Assembly: GCA_004558105.1 (NCBI GenBank)
Contig: SFEB01000001.1
Coordinates: 1 to 55,308 of the forward strand
Length of the DNA stretch: 55,308 nt
Direction: 5' to 3'
DNA from: Clostridiales bacterium
GTDB lineage: Bacteria; Bacillota; Clostridia; Christensenellales; CAG-314
The position numbers were made by a program, and so were the translations under genes. Shown piece by piece: positions 45,831 through 55,263 of this stretch (positions within the stretch are counted from its first letter, which is position 1; every line of letters starts with the position of its first letter). The notes beneath the pieces are model-generated. The model saw only the letters and a list, made by a program, of their open reading frames with translations. It had not been told where the DNA came from and made no database searches.

Positions 45831-46745
45831 ATGGAAAAAATAAAATCACCTGCCACAGACCATGTGGTATTAGAAAACGAACGTAGCCAAGGGGTTACAA
45901 AACAAGTCAACGAACTTTCGACAGGTAAGTTTTTTAAGTATCTTTACGCAAAAAGCATGTTTAAAATGTTTGGTTTAAATTTGCTGATGTGTCTGTTTTT
46001 AATTCCGATGGTTATTTTGTATTACCGTTTTACCTTGCAGTCTATGAGTATTGCCAACACTATACCGTATAACGGTTCGTTGGGTATAGGCTTTGCTTTC
46101 TGGAAGGGGGCGAGCGAATACGCAGTAGCCACGGGAAATTCGCTGTTATCAAGTTTCTGGTTGTGGGCAATACTCGGTATATGTGCGACTTCGTTCGCTT
46201 TTGCGGGCGGTATCTGCGTAATCAGAAACGCTTTCTGGACGGGAGAACTCAGCGTAAGCAAAAACTTTTACAAGGGCATTTATCAGTGCGGACTCGTCGC
46301 TTTCGTCGGCTTCGCGCTTATCGGCGGCGCAATTTGCGGAATCGTTCATTTAAACTTCGTAATGGCGGATTGGAGCAAGTTTTTGGCGGTCGTAGTAAAC
46401 ATAGTTCTTATAGCGGCAACCGTTTTTCTGGCAATATTCGTATTCGTCCTTACCAGCGTGGAATCGACGTACAGGCAGCCGTTCGGTACGTCCGTTAAGA
46501 CTTCCTTCGCAATTATCAAAAAGTATTTTATTTCTACGGTGCTTAATTTCGTAATGGCACTTATTCCGATTGCTTTGGTGTTGTGGTTGATTAATAGTGC
46601 TTTGATCATTATCGTTATAGTCCTCGCATTGATGATAGGTATGTACTACATAGTCCTGGTCTGGCAGACGCATATGATGAGAGTCTTTTCAATTTATCAC
46701 CCCGTGGAAAAAATCGTTACAAAGCGTAAAAAACATATAAATTAA
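45831..46745 (+). CDS. Hypothetical polytopic membrane protein (possibly DUF624/YesL-like)
   Basis: 304 aa. A cytoplasmic N-terminus is followed by about 6 hydrophobic helices. The family assignment is only a weak resemblance. Confidence 0.5.
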   Translation: MEKIKSPATDHVVLENERSQGVTKQVNELSTGKFFKYLYAKSMFKMFGLNLLMCLFLIPMVILYYRFTLQSMSIANTIPYNGSLGIGFAFWKGASEYAVATGNSLLSSFWLWAILGICATSFAFAGGICVIRNAFWTGELSVSKNFYKGIYQCGLVAFVGFALIGGAICGIVHLNFVMADWSKFLAVVVNIVLIAATVFLAIFVFVLTSVESTYRQPFGTSVKTSFAIIKKYFISTVLNFVMALIPIALVLWLINSALIIIVIVLALMIGMYYIVLVWQTHMMRVFSIYHPVEKIVTKRKKHIN

Positions 46746-46814
46746 AACGAGAGGCAACAGTTTTGGCGAAAAATATCATTAAATTTCAGGAAGATCCCGA
46801 CGTTTTTGCTCGAC

Positions 46815-48416
46815 ATGGCGGAAGACTATTCTCAAAAAGGAAAGCATGCAAAAGCTATCTCCTTGATTAAACGCGTTTTAAAAAACAATCCGGACGACGC
46901 CGACGCAAAATTTGCCTTTTCGCAGGAACTGTCCAACGTTTGTCAATATAAACTGGCTCAGGACGTTTTGTTCGAGATGTTGACTCGGGATACGGCAGAC
47001 GTTCCCGTCAACTTATCGTTGGGTGAAACCTTTTACTCTTCCGGCAACTGGTCCGTTGCGGCGTATTACTTTAAGCGTTATTCGGAACTTACGGATTTGC
47101 AGATACAGTCCGAAATAATGCAGGACGTAGCTAATTTTGCCACGGGTAACAACGGTTTTTCGATAGTTTATCCGATGACCAGAGAACGAGCCGACGAATT
47201 GAGGAAAAAAGCCGCCGATCTGATGCGCAACGGACAGATAGAGGAGGCAAGAGAAATATTTAAGGAGATAGAAGAGTCTTTTCCTGCCGACAGTATGGCG
47301 AAAAGCGATATTTCCTTTACCTACCTGATAAAAAACGACATCGAAAACGGTAAAATATACGCACAAAAGGCATGCGAACTGGACGAAAACAATATTTCCG
47401 CACTTTGCAATCTCGCTATGATTTACAATATCGGAGGCGAAAAGGAAAGTTGTGAAGAAATCTGTCGCAAGCTTTCCCGGATTGAGACTGACGACGCTGC
47501 CGAGATTTTTAAAATCGCAAGTACTTTCTGCGAGATAAAAAAGGACGATTCGGCGTATATATGGTTGGAAAAATTTTTAAAGGTAGAACCGACGCCCTCC
47601 ACGGATATTCTTTATCATTACGCCTTTGCCGCTTTTAACAGCGGGCGGTACCAGAAGGCAAAAGAGACTTTTGACTACATTCTGTTGATGAATGAAAAAG
47701 ATTATATCGCGAAGTATTACGTCAAGGCGTTGGAACCGTATCTGATTGATTCGTCAGTTAAAAGAGAGCGTTGGGAATACTATCCTCAGATTCCGCTTAA
47801 AGAATGGAAAAAGCGTGTAGAGTTTTTAAACTCAAAGCAGGATTTTTTCGGAGTCTGGCAGGACGAGGAACTGCAGGAATGGATAGGGTGGGCGTTCGAC
47901 ACCGTGCCCGATCCGGCTTTGCACGATAATCTTGTCGGAAAATTGGCTCAGACCGATAAGAAAAAGAGCGTAGAGTATTTTAAACGGCTGTTGCTCAATC
48001 AGAACGTCAGCCTTGCCGTGAAAGGCAAAATAATGTTCTGCTTGCTTATACGCGGCGTCAGAGGAAGATTTTTTATCGTACGCGACGGCTTTTTCTCCGT
48101 TATAGACGTGCCTAAAAACATTCCACACGTCGTTTCCGACGCCGTTTTGCTGTGTATTGCCAAGTTATCGATGTTCTTTATCATGGACGGAGATTATCCT
48201 GCAAAAGTAATTAAGGTAGGGAAAAGGATACAATCCGAAATTATCGATAAAGGGTTGTCCGACAACCTGGATACCCGTCAACTTGCCGCGGTTATCACAC
48301 GTATTTGCAACTTCGAATGGTTGGACGACAAAAAAATAATGGATTTGTTCGGCGTCACCTATAATGAATTGACGGAAATGAACGAGTATATATTTAATGA
48401 CGGTAAACAAGAATAA
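46815..48416 (+). CDS. TPR-repeat protein
   Basis: Repeated about 34-aa helical units with A/Y/L spacing (e.g. KGKHAKAISLIKRVLKNNPDDADAKF). Start uncertain: ATG-46815, TTG-46806, or an upstream TTG-46763 in another frame. Confidence 0.65.
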   Translation: MAEDYSQKGKHAKAISLIKRVLKNNPDDADAKFAFSQELSNVCQYKLAQDVLFEMLTRDTADVPVNLSLGETFYSSGNWSVAAYYFKRYSELTDLQIQSEIMQDVANFATGNNGFSIVYPMTRERADELRKKAADLMRNGQIEEAREIFKEIEESFPADSMAKSDISFTYLIKNDIENGKIYAQKACELDENNISALCNLAMIYNIGGEKESCEEICRKLSRIETDDAAEIFKIASTFCEIKKDDSAYIWLEKFLKVEPTPSTDILYHYAFAAFNSGRYQKAKETFDYILLMNEKDYIAKYYVKALEPYLIDSSVKRERWEYYPQIPLKEWKKRVEFLNSKQDFFGVWQDEELQEWIGWAFDTVPDPALHDNLVGKLAQTDKKKSVEYFKRLLLNQNVSLAVKGKIMFCLLIRGVRGRFFIVRDGFFSVIDVPKNIPHVVSDAVLLCIAKLSMFFIMDGDYPAKVIKVGKRIQSEIIDKGLSDNLDTRQLAAVITRICNFEWLDDKKIMDLFGVTYNELTEMNEYIFNDGKQE

Positions 48417-48422
48417 AAAGTT

Positions 48423-48460
48423 ACGCTTTTTTATACTTTAAAGTATGAAAAAGCGTTTTT
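48423..48460 (+). terminator. Strong hairpin plus T-tract after the TPR gene that engulfs the start codon of the next gene
   Basis: 15-bp stem 48423-48437 / 48442-48456 (one G-U), 4-nt loop ttaa, then TTTTTCTTTTTT. The ATG of the downstream ORF (48445) lies in the 3' arm. Confidence 0.5.
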
Positions 48461-49452
48461 CTTTTTTCCTGAATTTTTGCGCGCTGCTTTCGGGGGTTAT
48501 CGGTGCGGGATTTGCTACGGGACAGGAACTATACGTTTATTTTGATAAAAAAAATCCGATTTTCGTCGGATTGTGTTGTGCGTTTTTTTACTTTTGTTTT
48601 TTTCTGGCGGCAATTAAGACAGACGACTTTTTTAAAAGAGCGGAGGGTAAGGGAAGAGTTCTGGTTTTTGCAAAAAAATTCATGCGCTGTCTGACGCTGT
48701 TCAGTTGTCTCGTGGTGCTTTGCGTTATGCTTGCAGGCGTAAAAGCCACTTTGTATGAGCTTATACCCGACAAAACAACTGTCGCCGTTACGGGCGTTTT
48801 AACGGCTTTATTCTGCGTTTTTCTCGTCTGCTTTGATAAAAAAGGTTTTCAGACGGTAGGCGTATTTTTTACGCCGGTCGTTATAGGCTGTCTTTTGTTT
48901 TTGTTTGCAAAAATATCGCCCGTTGCGACAGGTGAATTGAGAGGAGGCGTAAAAAGCAGTTTTTTGTACGCTTCTCTCAATTCGATATTTTTAACGACTT
49001 TCGTTGCAGATGCATGCAACGGCTACGCAAAAGGAAAGAAGACGGCGTTTTGTCTCGTTTCCGCATTGGCATGCGGAGTACTCGTTACGCTTGCCGCAAG
49101 TTGCGTTACAAAAAGCGGATACGTCGAAATTCCTTTGGTTAAACTTGCGTATGAGTCGGGTGTTTTCGGCAAAGTTTACTGCATAGTGGTTCTGCTGGGT
49201 ATAGTCACTACCGTATGTGCGTCGGCGTTGCCGTTGGCAGAAGAAATCAACCGACGCGTCAACTGCCGATTTTTATCCGTCGTACTGTTGTTCGGTTTTT
49301 GTCAGACCGTATCTTTTGCGGGTTTTTCGCATCTGGTAAAGTATTGTTACCCTGCGATATCCGTATTGGGAGTCGCTTTGCTGGGGTTTACGTTATTTTG
49401 CACCGTCAAGTATAGGAAAAAAAGGGAAAAAGCGTTTAATTTCTCCATTTGA
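48445..49452 (+). CDS. YkvI-family membrane protein (putative transporter)
   Basis: N-terminal GVIGAGFATGQE motif about 20 aa from the start and roughly 9-10 TM helices, resembling B. subtilis YkvI. No SD. Confidence 0.65.
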   Translation: MKKRFSFFLNFCALLSGVIGAGFATGQELYVYFDKKNPIFVGLCCAFFYFCFFLAAIKTDDFFKRAEGKGRVLVFAKKFMRCLTLFSCLVVLCVMLAGVKATLYELIPDKTTVAVTGVLTALFCVFLVCFDKKGFQTVGVFFTPVVIGCLLFLFAKISPVATGELRGGVKSSFLYASLNSIFLTTFVADACNGYAKGKKTAFCLVSALACGVLVTLAASCVTKSGYVEIPLVKLAYESGVFGKVYCIVVLLGIVTTVCASALPLAEEINRRVNCRFLSVVLLFGFCQTVSFAGFSHLVKYCYPAISVLGVALLGFTLFCTVKYRKKREKAFNFSI

Positions 49453-50245
49453 TAAGCATTTTTTCTATTTTTGCGACTATAAGGTACATGACGGCGGCGA
49501 CGACGCAAAGTACCAGTATGCAGGTCATTACGAGATCGAGTTTAAATACCTGTCCGCCGTAAAGTATCAGATAACCGAGTCCGGCTTTGGACGTCAGATA
49601 TTCTCCCATTATCGTGCCTATCCATGCCATACCTACGTTGATTTTTAAAGCCGACAGCAGAGTGGGTAGGTTGGAGGGAAAGACGAGTTTGGTAAAAATC
49701 TGAAACTTTGTGGCGTTCATGGTTTTAAGAAGCAGAATCTTGTTTTCGTCCGTTTCGTTAAAGCCGTTCAGCATCGTTATCGTTGTGATGACGACGGAAA
49801 TCAGCACTGCCATGGTGACTATCGCCGTTTGCCCCGTTCCTGCCCAGATAATGATAATCGGACCGAGCGCAACTTTAGGCAAGCTGTTAAGTACCACCAG
49901 ATAAGGTTCAAAAATCTTGTTGAGCAAAGGCGACCACCACAGAATAATTGCCGTTACGGTACCGATCAGGGTGCCGAGAACGAAACCTATCAGCGTTTCT
50001 TTGGTAGAAACCCAGACGTGACGGAAAAGTTCGCCGGTAACGGAGAGGTTTTTTAACTGCAAACAAATTTTGGACGGACTCGAGGTAATAAAACTATCCA
50101 AAACACCGCAGTCTGTCAGTATTTGCCATAATGCCAAAAAAAGGATGAGAAATCCTATTTGTCCGGAAAGTATCAGGAGTTTTCGTTGACGTGTTTTTTT
50201 AAGGTATCGGCGCAGATTGGTCGATAACTCTTGTTTGTGTTTCAT
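49436..50245 (-). CDS. ABC transporter permease (NitT/TauT family)
   Basis: Six TM helices and a putative EAA-loop region (TMNATKFQIFTKLVFPSNLP). ATG-50245 preferred over the TTG-50275 of the ORF track. Confidence 0.85.
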   Translation of the reverse strand: MKHKQELSTNLRRYLKKTRQRKLLILSGQIGFLILFLALWQILTDCGVLDSFITSSPSKICLQLKNLSVTGELFRHVWVSTKETLIGFVLGTLIGTVTAIILWWSPLLNKIFEPYLVVLNSLPKVALGPIIIIWAGTGQTAIVTMAVLISVVITTITMLNGFNETDENKILLLKTMNATKFQIFTKLVFPSNLPTLLSALKINVGMAWIGTIMGEYLTSKAGLGYLILYGGQVFKLDLVMTCILVLCVVAAVMYLIVAKIEKMLIKWRN

Positions 50246-51005
50246 TATCGTTAAGTTCCTTCCAGATTTTTTCAAATTGTTTAGAAAAATCGGGCGACTC
50301 CCGCCTTGAAAGAGGCGAGGAATACGTACCGAGATTAGTCACGTGTATGTTTTTTACCGTTGCGGGGCGTTTGGAAAGAATAATTATTCTATCCGCCATA
50401 CTTATCGCTTCGTTAATGTCATGCGTAACGAGCAGAGCGGTTTTTTGCTCCTTTTTGATGATGGAATAAACGTCGTCGCAGACGTTGAGACGAGTCTGAA
50501 AGTCCAATGCTCCGAAAGGTTCGTCCAATAACAAAACGGAAGGATTTGTCGCCAGGGTGCGTATCAGAGCCGCTCTCTGGCGCATGCCGCCCGACAACTG
50601 GTGCGGGAAACTTTTTGCAAATTCTTTCAAACCGTATTTTTCGATGAGGTCGTCGATTCTGTCGCTGTTTTCAGGCGTCAGTTTTTTCTGAATTTCCAGA
50701 CCGAGTCGTATATTCTGCCTTATGTTCCGCCATTCGAAAAGGTGGTCGTGTTGTAACATGTAACCCACGTCTTCGTTTACGCCCGTCACCTCTTTGCCGT
50801 TGAGAAATATACGTCCGCTCGTTGGCTTTAAAATACCGCTTACAAGCGACAATAAAGTGGTTTTTCCGCATCCTGACGGACCCACGATGGCGATAAATTC
50901 ACCTTCGTCCACAAAGAAATCGACGTCTTTTAACGCGTTTGTTTCGGTCGTTTTGCTGTAATAGGTTAAATTTACGTTTTTCAGCTCAAGTATATGCAAT
51001 GTCAA
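50199..51005 (-). CDS. ABC transporter ATP-binding protein (NitT/TauT family)
   Basis: Walker A GPSGCGKTT, Q-loop, signature LSGGMRQR, Walker B LLLDEP, H-loop THD. TTG start (51005 or 50999) behind AAGGAG. Confidence 0.9.
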   Translation of the reverse strand: MTLHILELKNVNLTYYSKTTETNALKDVDFFVDEGEFIAIVGPSGCGKTTLLSLVSGILKPTSGRIFLNGKEVTGVNEDVGYMLQHDHLFEWRNIRQNIRLGLEIQKKLTPENSDRIDDLIEKYGLKEFAKSFPHQLSGGMRQRAALIRTLATNPSVLLLDEPFGALDFQTRLNVCDDVYSIIKKEQKTALLVTHDINEAISMADRIIILSKRPATVKNIHVTNLGTYSSPLSRRESPDFSKQFEKIWKELNDNETQTRVIDQSAPIP

Positions 51006-51060
51006 ACGCTCCTTAATCGTTACATTTTATTATATTTTTTACTTTGGTATTGTGTGAATT

Positions 51061-51085
51061 AAAAAGGGCGGTATAAACCGCCCTT
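51061..51085 (-). terminator. Intra-operon hairpin/terminator between the binding-protein gene and the ATPase gene
   Basis: Minus strand: stem aagggcgg/ccgccctt, 6-nt loop, TTTTT. It lies 14 nt after the SBP stop codon. Confidence 0.6.
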
Positions 51086-51098
51086 AATCAAAGAAAAA

Positions 51099-52082
51099 CT
51101 ATAACGTAATCTTGTCGGCAATACTGTTGTCGATAAGTTTTTCAAATTCTACGCGTTGAGTCAGTTCGCCGGCGTTTTCCATAACGTCCTGCAAGCGAGT
51201 GAAACTCTCTTTTGTCATACTCGGCGTGGTTTTCCACGAGTCTGCGGCGCGATAGTTGCCTATGGCGTTGGCCAAATCTTTAACGTCGGTACCGGGAAAA
51301 GCGTCCACTAATTTTTCCGCCACGGTTAAGTTGTCGTTGCTGAGCAACCACAACGTTGCTTCGTGCACGCATTTCAAAAACGTTTCGAGTGTTTTGGCGT
51401 TTTTCCTGATGTAACTTTGCGACGCGGCAAAACATGTGTAGGGGACTTCTCCGCCTTCCTGACCGATGCTTGCAACTATATGGCCGGAGCCTTGAAGTTC
51501 TATCTGCGTTGCCGTCGGTTCAAAGAGCGTGACGTAATCTCCGACGCCGCTTGCAAACGTGGGAGCAAGCATATTAAACTGTACGCTGTAATCCATCGTT
51601 ATATTCTGTCCGTCCGTATAGCCGTGTCGGTTGAGAATATACTGCAAAGTCATTGCCGGCATACCTCCTCGCCGTCCCATTATTACGGTTTTGCCTTCCA
51701 GCCCCGACCAGTCGAAGTCCGGCTCGAAATTTCTGCCTACCAGAAACGCTCCGTCACGTTTTGTCAGTTGACCGAAAACCATAGGATAGTCTTGCTTGCC
51801 TTGTTGGTATACGTAGATTGTAGTTTCGGGTCCGCATAAAGCCACGTCTGCGTTTCCCGACAGCAGCGCAGTCATGCTTGCGTCACTGCCCCCGCCGTTG
51901 GTAAGTTCGATGTTTATTCCGTTTTGTTCAAACAGTCCGAGGGAATCGGCAAGATAGAAGGGCGCGTAAAAAAGAGAGTGGGTGACTTCGTTTATCCTTA
52001 TCGTATCGTCCGTTTTACTGCAGCCTGCAAAGGGCAGTACGGCAATGACGAGGATAACTGCAAAAATCAGAATTTTTTTCAT
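51099..52082 (-). CDS. ABC transporter substrate-binding lipoprotein (NMT1/THI5-like, NitT/TauT family)
   Basis: ATG-52082 has a GGAGG SD. Signal peptide with lipobox FAGC. Periplasmic-binding fold inferred from genomic context and length. Confidence 0.75.
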   Translation of the reverse strand: MKKILIFAVILVIAVLPFAGCSKTDDTIRINEVTHSLFYAPFYLADSLGLFEQNGINIELTNGGGSDASMTALLSGNADVALCGPETTIYVYQQGKQDYPMVFGQLTKRDGAFLVGRNFEPDFDWSGLEGKTVIMGRRGGMPAMTLQYILNRHGYTDGQNITMDYSVQFNMLAPTFASGVGDYVTLFEPTATQIELQGSGHIVASIGQEGGEVPYTCFAASQSYIRKNAKTLETFLKCVHEATLWLLSNDNLTVAEKLVDAFPGTDVKDLANAIGNYRAADSWKTTPSMTKESFTRLQDVMENAGELTQRVEFEKLIDNSIADKITL

Positions 52083-52141
52083 TATAACCTCCGTAAGTTG
52101 TGCAATATACAATATTCTTGTGCTAAAATAAGTGTTAACGT

Positions 52142-52170
52142 TTGCCAAATTACAAGAAACTTGTTATAAT
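52142..52170 (+). promoter_or_regulatory. Candidate sigma-A promoter for valS
   Basis: TTGCCA (52142-52147), 17-nt spacer, TATAAT (52165-52170). Confidence 0.55.
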
Positions 52171-52201
52171 ATAAGACAAATGATTTTAAGGAAAAACTGT
52201 C

Positions 52202-54823
52202 ATGATGGAAAAGAATTACGAACCGTTACAATTTGAAAACAGAATTTATCAATGGTGGGAGAAAGCAGGGTATTTTACTCCAAAAATCAACCGCGATAAA
52301 AAACCTTTCACCATTTTGATGCCGCCTCCCAATATTACGGGACAATTGCATATGGGGCATGCTCTGGATAACGCCGTTCAGGACTGTATTATCCGCTTTA
52401 AGCGCATGCAAGGCTACGAAGCGCTTTGGTTGCCGGGCACCGACCACGCAAGCATCGCAACGGAAGTGAAGGTTGCGGAAAAATTGGCGGAAGAAGGTAT
52501 CGATAAACATGCTTTGGGCAGAGAAGGCTTTTTAAAAGAAGCATGGGCGTGGAAAGAAAAGTATAACGACAGAATTTTAACTCAATTGAAACGCCTCGGC
52601 GTCAGTTGCGACTGGTCGCGTCTTGCTTTTACGATGGACGACAACCTGTCTGCGGCAGTTCGTCACGTTTTCGTTACTATGTATAAACAAGGTCTGATTT
52701 ATCAGGGTAACCGCATTACCAACTGGTGTCCTACTTGCGGCACCGCCATTTCCGACGCGGAAGTGGATTTTGAGGAACAAGCGAGCAACCTTTGGTATTT
52801 TAAATATTATACGACCGATAAAAAGCAAAGTCTGACCTTCGCCACCACTCGTCCGGAAACCATGTTCGGCGATACGGCGGTGGCAGTCAATCCCGACGAC
52901 GATAGATATAAGGATATGGTAGGTAAAACGCTCGTTTTGCCGTTCGTAAACAGAGAAATCCCCGTTATCGCCGATAAATACGTTGAAAAAGACTTCGGTA
53001 CCGGCGTAGTAAAAATCACTCCCGCGCACGATCCTAACGACTTTGAAGTCGGATTGCGCCATAATCTGCCCGTCGTTACGGTCATGGACGCGCAAGGCAG
53101 GATGAACGACCTCGCAGGCAAGGATTTTGTCGGTCTTACGGCAAAAGAAGCGCGCAAAAAGGTGGTCGAGGGAATGAAAGAACTCGGTCAACTTGTAAAA
53201 ATCGAGCCGTACAAACACAACGTCGGTCAGTGTTACCGTTGTAAAACCACCATCGAGCCGTTAGTTACCAAACAGTGGTTCGTAAAAATGGAGCCGCTTG
53301 CAAAACCGGCAATCGAGGCGGTAAGAAAGGGCGAGACCAGATTTTTGCCAAAACGTTTTGAAAAAATATATTTCAATTGGATGGAAAACATCAAGGACTG
53401 GTGTATTTCCCGTCAACTCTGGTGGGGGCACCGTATACCCGTATGGTATTGCGAGGACTGCGGCGAAGTAATCTGCGAAGAAGAGACGCCACACGTTTGC
53501 CCCAAGTGCAACGGTACTCGTCTTCGTCAGGACGAAGACGTACTGGATACTTGGTTTTCCAGCGCTTTGTGGCCTTTTTCGACTTTGGGTTATCCAGAAA
53601 AGACGGAAGATCTGGATTACTTTTTCCCGACAAACGTTCTGGTTACGGCTTACGACATTATTTTCTTCTGGGTGGCAAGAATGATTTTTTCTTCCATCAA
53701 AAACATGGGTGAAGTGCCGTTTAAAGACGTACTTATTCACGGCATCGTCCGCGACGAACAGGGTAGAAAGATGAGTAAATCCCTCGGCAACGGCGTGGAT
53801 CCGTTGGAGGTAATAGACAGGGTAGGCGCAGATACGCTCAGATTCAGTTTGCTTAACGGCGTTGCGTCGGGCGGAGATATAAGGTATTCCGATTCGAAAG
53901 TAATAGCCAACCGCAACTTTATGAACAAGATATGGAACGCCAGCCGTTTCGTCCTTATGAACGTCGAAGGCAAAAAGATTTTGCCGATAGAAGAGTGCAA
54001 ACTCAGCCTTGCGGACAAATGGATACTCAGCAAACTCAACGATTGCATTAAAGAAGTTACCAAGAATTTCGAAAAATACGAACTCGGCAACAGTTGCGCC
54101 GCATTGTATTCTTTCGTGTGGAGCGAATTCTGCGACTGGTATATAGAGTTTACCAAACCGACGCTGACTTCGGGCACGGAAACGGAAAAAACAAGCGCCG
54201 CGAGCGTTCTTGTTTACGTTCTGGATAAAATTTTAAAACTGATGCACCCGGTTACTCCGTTTATTACGGAAGAAATTTATCAATCGTTGCCGATTCACGA
54301 AGAAACGATAATGACGCAACCTTTCCCGACGGTCGTTAAAAAGTTTGCATACCGTAAAGAGCGTAAACTTATCGACGGCGTAAAAGAGTTGGTCACCAAG
54401 ATAAGAAATGCCCGCGCGGAAATGAACGTCGCGCCGTCAAAAACCATTCGTTTGTTCGTTAAACCGAACGAAGATTTTAAAGATATCAAAAAGGCGGAGG
54501 CGTATATTGCAAAACTGGTCAATGCCGAAGTTTCTTTCGTAAGTGATTTTTCCGACGACAAACAGGTAGTAGGCGTGGTGTCCGCGGCGGCGGAAGCGCA
54601 GATACCCATGGGCGACCTCGTGGACTTTGAAAAAGAGAAGGAGAGAATCAAGAAAGAACTCGCCACCGTAGAGCAGGAAATTGCCCGCGCCAACGGCAAA
54701 CTCAACAATCAGGGTTTTGTTGCAAAGGCTCCGGCGCAACTCATAGAAGCAGAAAAGGCAAAGTTAGCAAATTATCTTGATATTAAAGAAAAATTGTTGC
54801 AACGTTTGCAGGAACTCGGTTAA
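52202..54823 (+). CDS. valS: Valine--tRNA ligase
   Basis: HIGH motif PPPNITGQLHMGHA, KMSKS, editing domain, C-terminal coiled coil. 873 aa. Confidence 0.95.
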   Translation: MMEKNYEPLQFENRIYQWWEKAGYFTPKINRDKKPFTILMPPPNITGQLHMGHALDNAVQDCIIRFKRMQGYEALWLPGTDHASIATEVKVAEKLAEEGIDKHALGREGFLKEAWAWKEKYNDRILTQLKRLGVSCDWSRLAFTMDDNLSAAVRHVFVTMYKQGLIYQGNRITNWCPTCGTAISDAEVDFEEQASNLWYFKYYTTDKKQSLTFATTRPETMFGDTAVAVNPDDDRYKDMVGKTLVLPFVNREIPVIADKYVEKDFGTGVVKITPAHDPNDFEVGLRHNLPVVTVMDAQGRMNDLAGKDFVGLTAKEARKKVVEGMKELGQLVKIEPYKHNVGQCYRCKTTIEPLVTKQWFVKMEPLAKPAIEAVRKGETRFLPKRFEKIYFNWMENIKDWCISRQLWWGHRIPVWYCEDCGEVICEEETPHVCPKCNGTRLRQDEDVLDTWFSSALWPFSTLGYPEKTEDLDYFFPTNVLVTAYDIIFFWVARMIFSSIKNMGEVPFKDVLIHGIVRDEQGRKMSKSLGNGVDPLEVIDRVGADTLRFSLLNGVASGGDIRYSDSKVIANRNFMNKIWNASRFVLMNVEGKKILPIEECKLSLADKWILSKLNDCIKEVTKNFEKYELGNSCAALYSFVWSEFCDWYIEFTKPTLTSGTETEKTSAASVLVYVLDKILKLMHPVTPFITEEIYQSLPIHEETIMTQPFPTVVKKFAYRKERKLIDGVKELVTKIRNARAEMNVAPSKTIRLFVKPNEDFKDIKKAEAYIAKLVNAEVSFVSDFSDDKQVVGVVSAAAEAQIPMGDLVDFEKEKERIKKELATVEQEIARANGKLNNQGFVAKAPAQLIEAEKAKLANYLDIKEKLLQRLQELG

Positions 54824-54835
54824 AAAAACGAAATT

Positions 54836-54868
54836 AAAAAAAGGACCTCGTTTTTAACGAGGTCTTTT
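54836..54868 (+). terminator. Rho-independent terminator after valS
   Basis: Stem aaggacctcg/cgaggtcttt with 7-nt loop and T-run. Confidence 0.75.
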
Positions 54869-54890
54869 GATTAAAAAAATGCTCTGAGTA

Positions 54891-54925
54891 AAAAACAAAA
54901 CGCCCGTTAATTCAGGGCGTTTTTT
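54891..54925. terminator. Second, bidirectional terminator (serves the minus-strand zinc-ribbon gene)
   Basis: Stem aacgccc/gggcgtt, 9-nt loop, with an A-rich run before and TTTTTT after. Confidence 0.7.
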
Positions 54926-54936
54926 AATAATATACT

Positions 54937-55263
54937 TTAATCTTTTCTGCAAAGCATTAAAATTCCGGCGATCATAGATACGAAGAGCAGAGTGCAGACT
55001 TTAAATCCGGTACTCAACGGTTTATTTTCGTTAATACATTCAAAAGCGTGAACGGTCATAGGTATACACCAAGCCAACGGAATTAAGAACACGCCTAACG
55101 CTATCGTCCCCAGAATTAAGAAAATTTTAGTAATGAGATCCAAGTCTTCGTTTGACGAACTGCTTTTGCTGGCAGTCTGTGGAGGCGACACTCTGCAACC
55201 GCATCTCGGACAAATTTCCGCCTTGTCTAACAATTCGTTTCCGCATTCGCTACAATATTTCAT
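54937..55263 (-). CDS. Small zinc-ribbon membrane protein
   Basis: ATG-55263 (GAGGT SD) gives MKYCSECGNEL....CPRCG, followed by two TM helices. The ORF-track start at 55308 has no SD. Confidence 0.6.
   Translation of the reverse strand: MKYCSECGNELLDKAEICPRCGCRVSPPQTASKSSSSNEDLDLITKIFLILGTIALGVFLIPLAWCIPMTVHAFECINENKPLSTGFKVCTLLFVSMIAGILMLCRKD

Noticed and set aside
52083-52201. Possible T-box leader for valS or TPP riboswitch for the NMT1/THI5-like binding-protein gene in the divergent intergenic region
   Set aside because: Only 119 nt are shared by two divergent promoters, which is too short for a T-box. I see no T-box sequence or specifier/antiterminator structure, and no CTGAGA / ACCTGATCTGGATAATGCCAGCG-type TPP elements on either strand.
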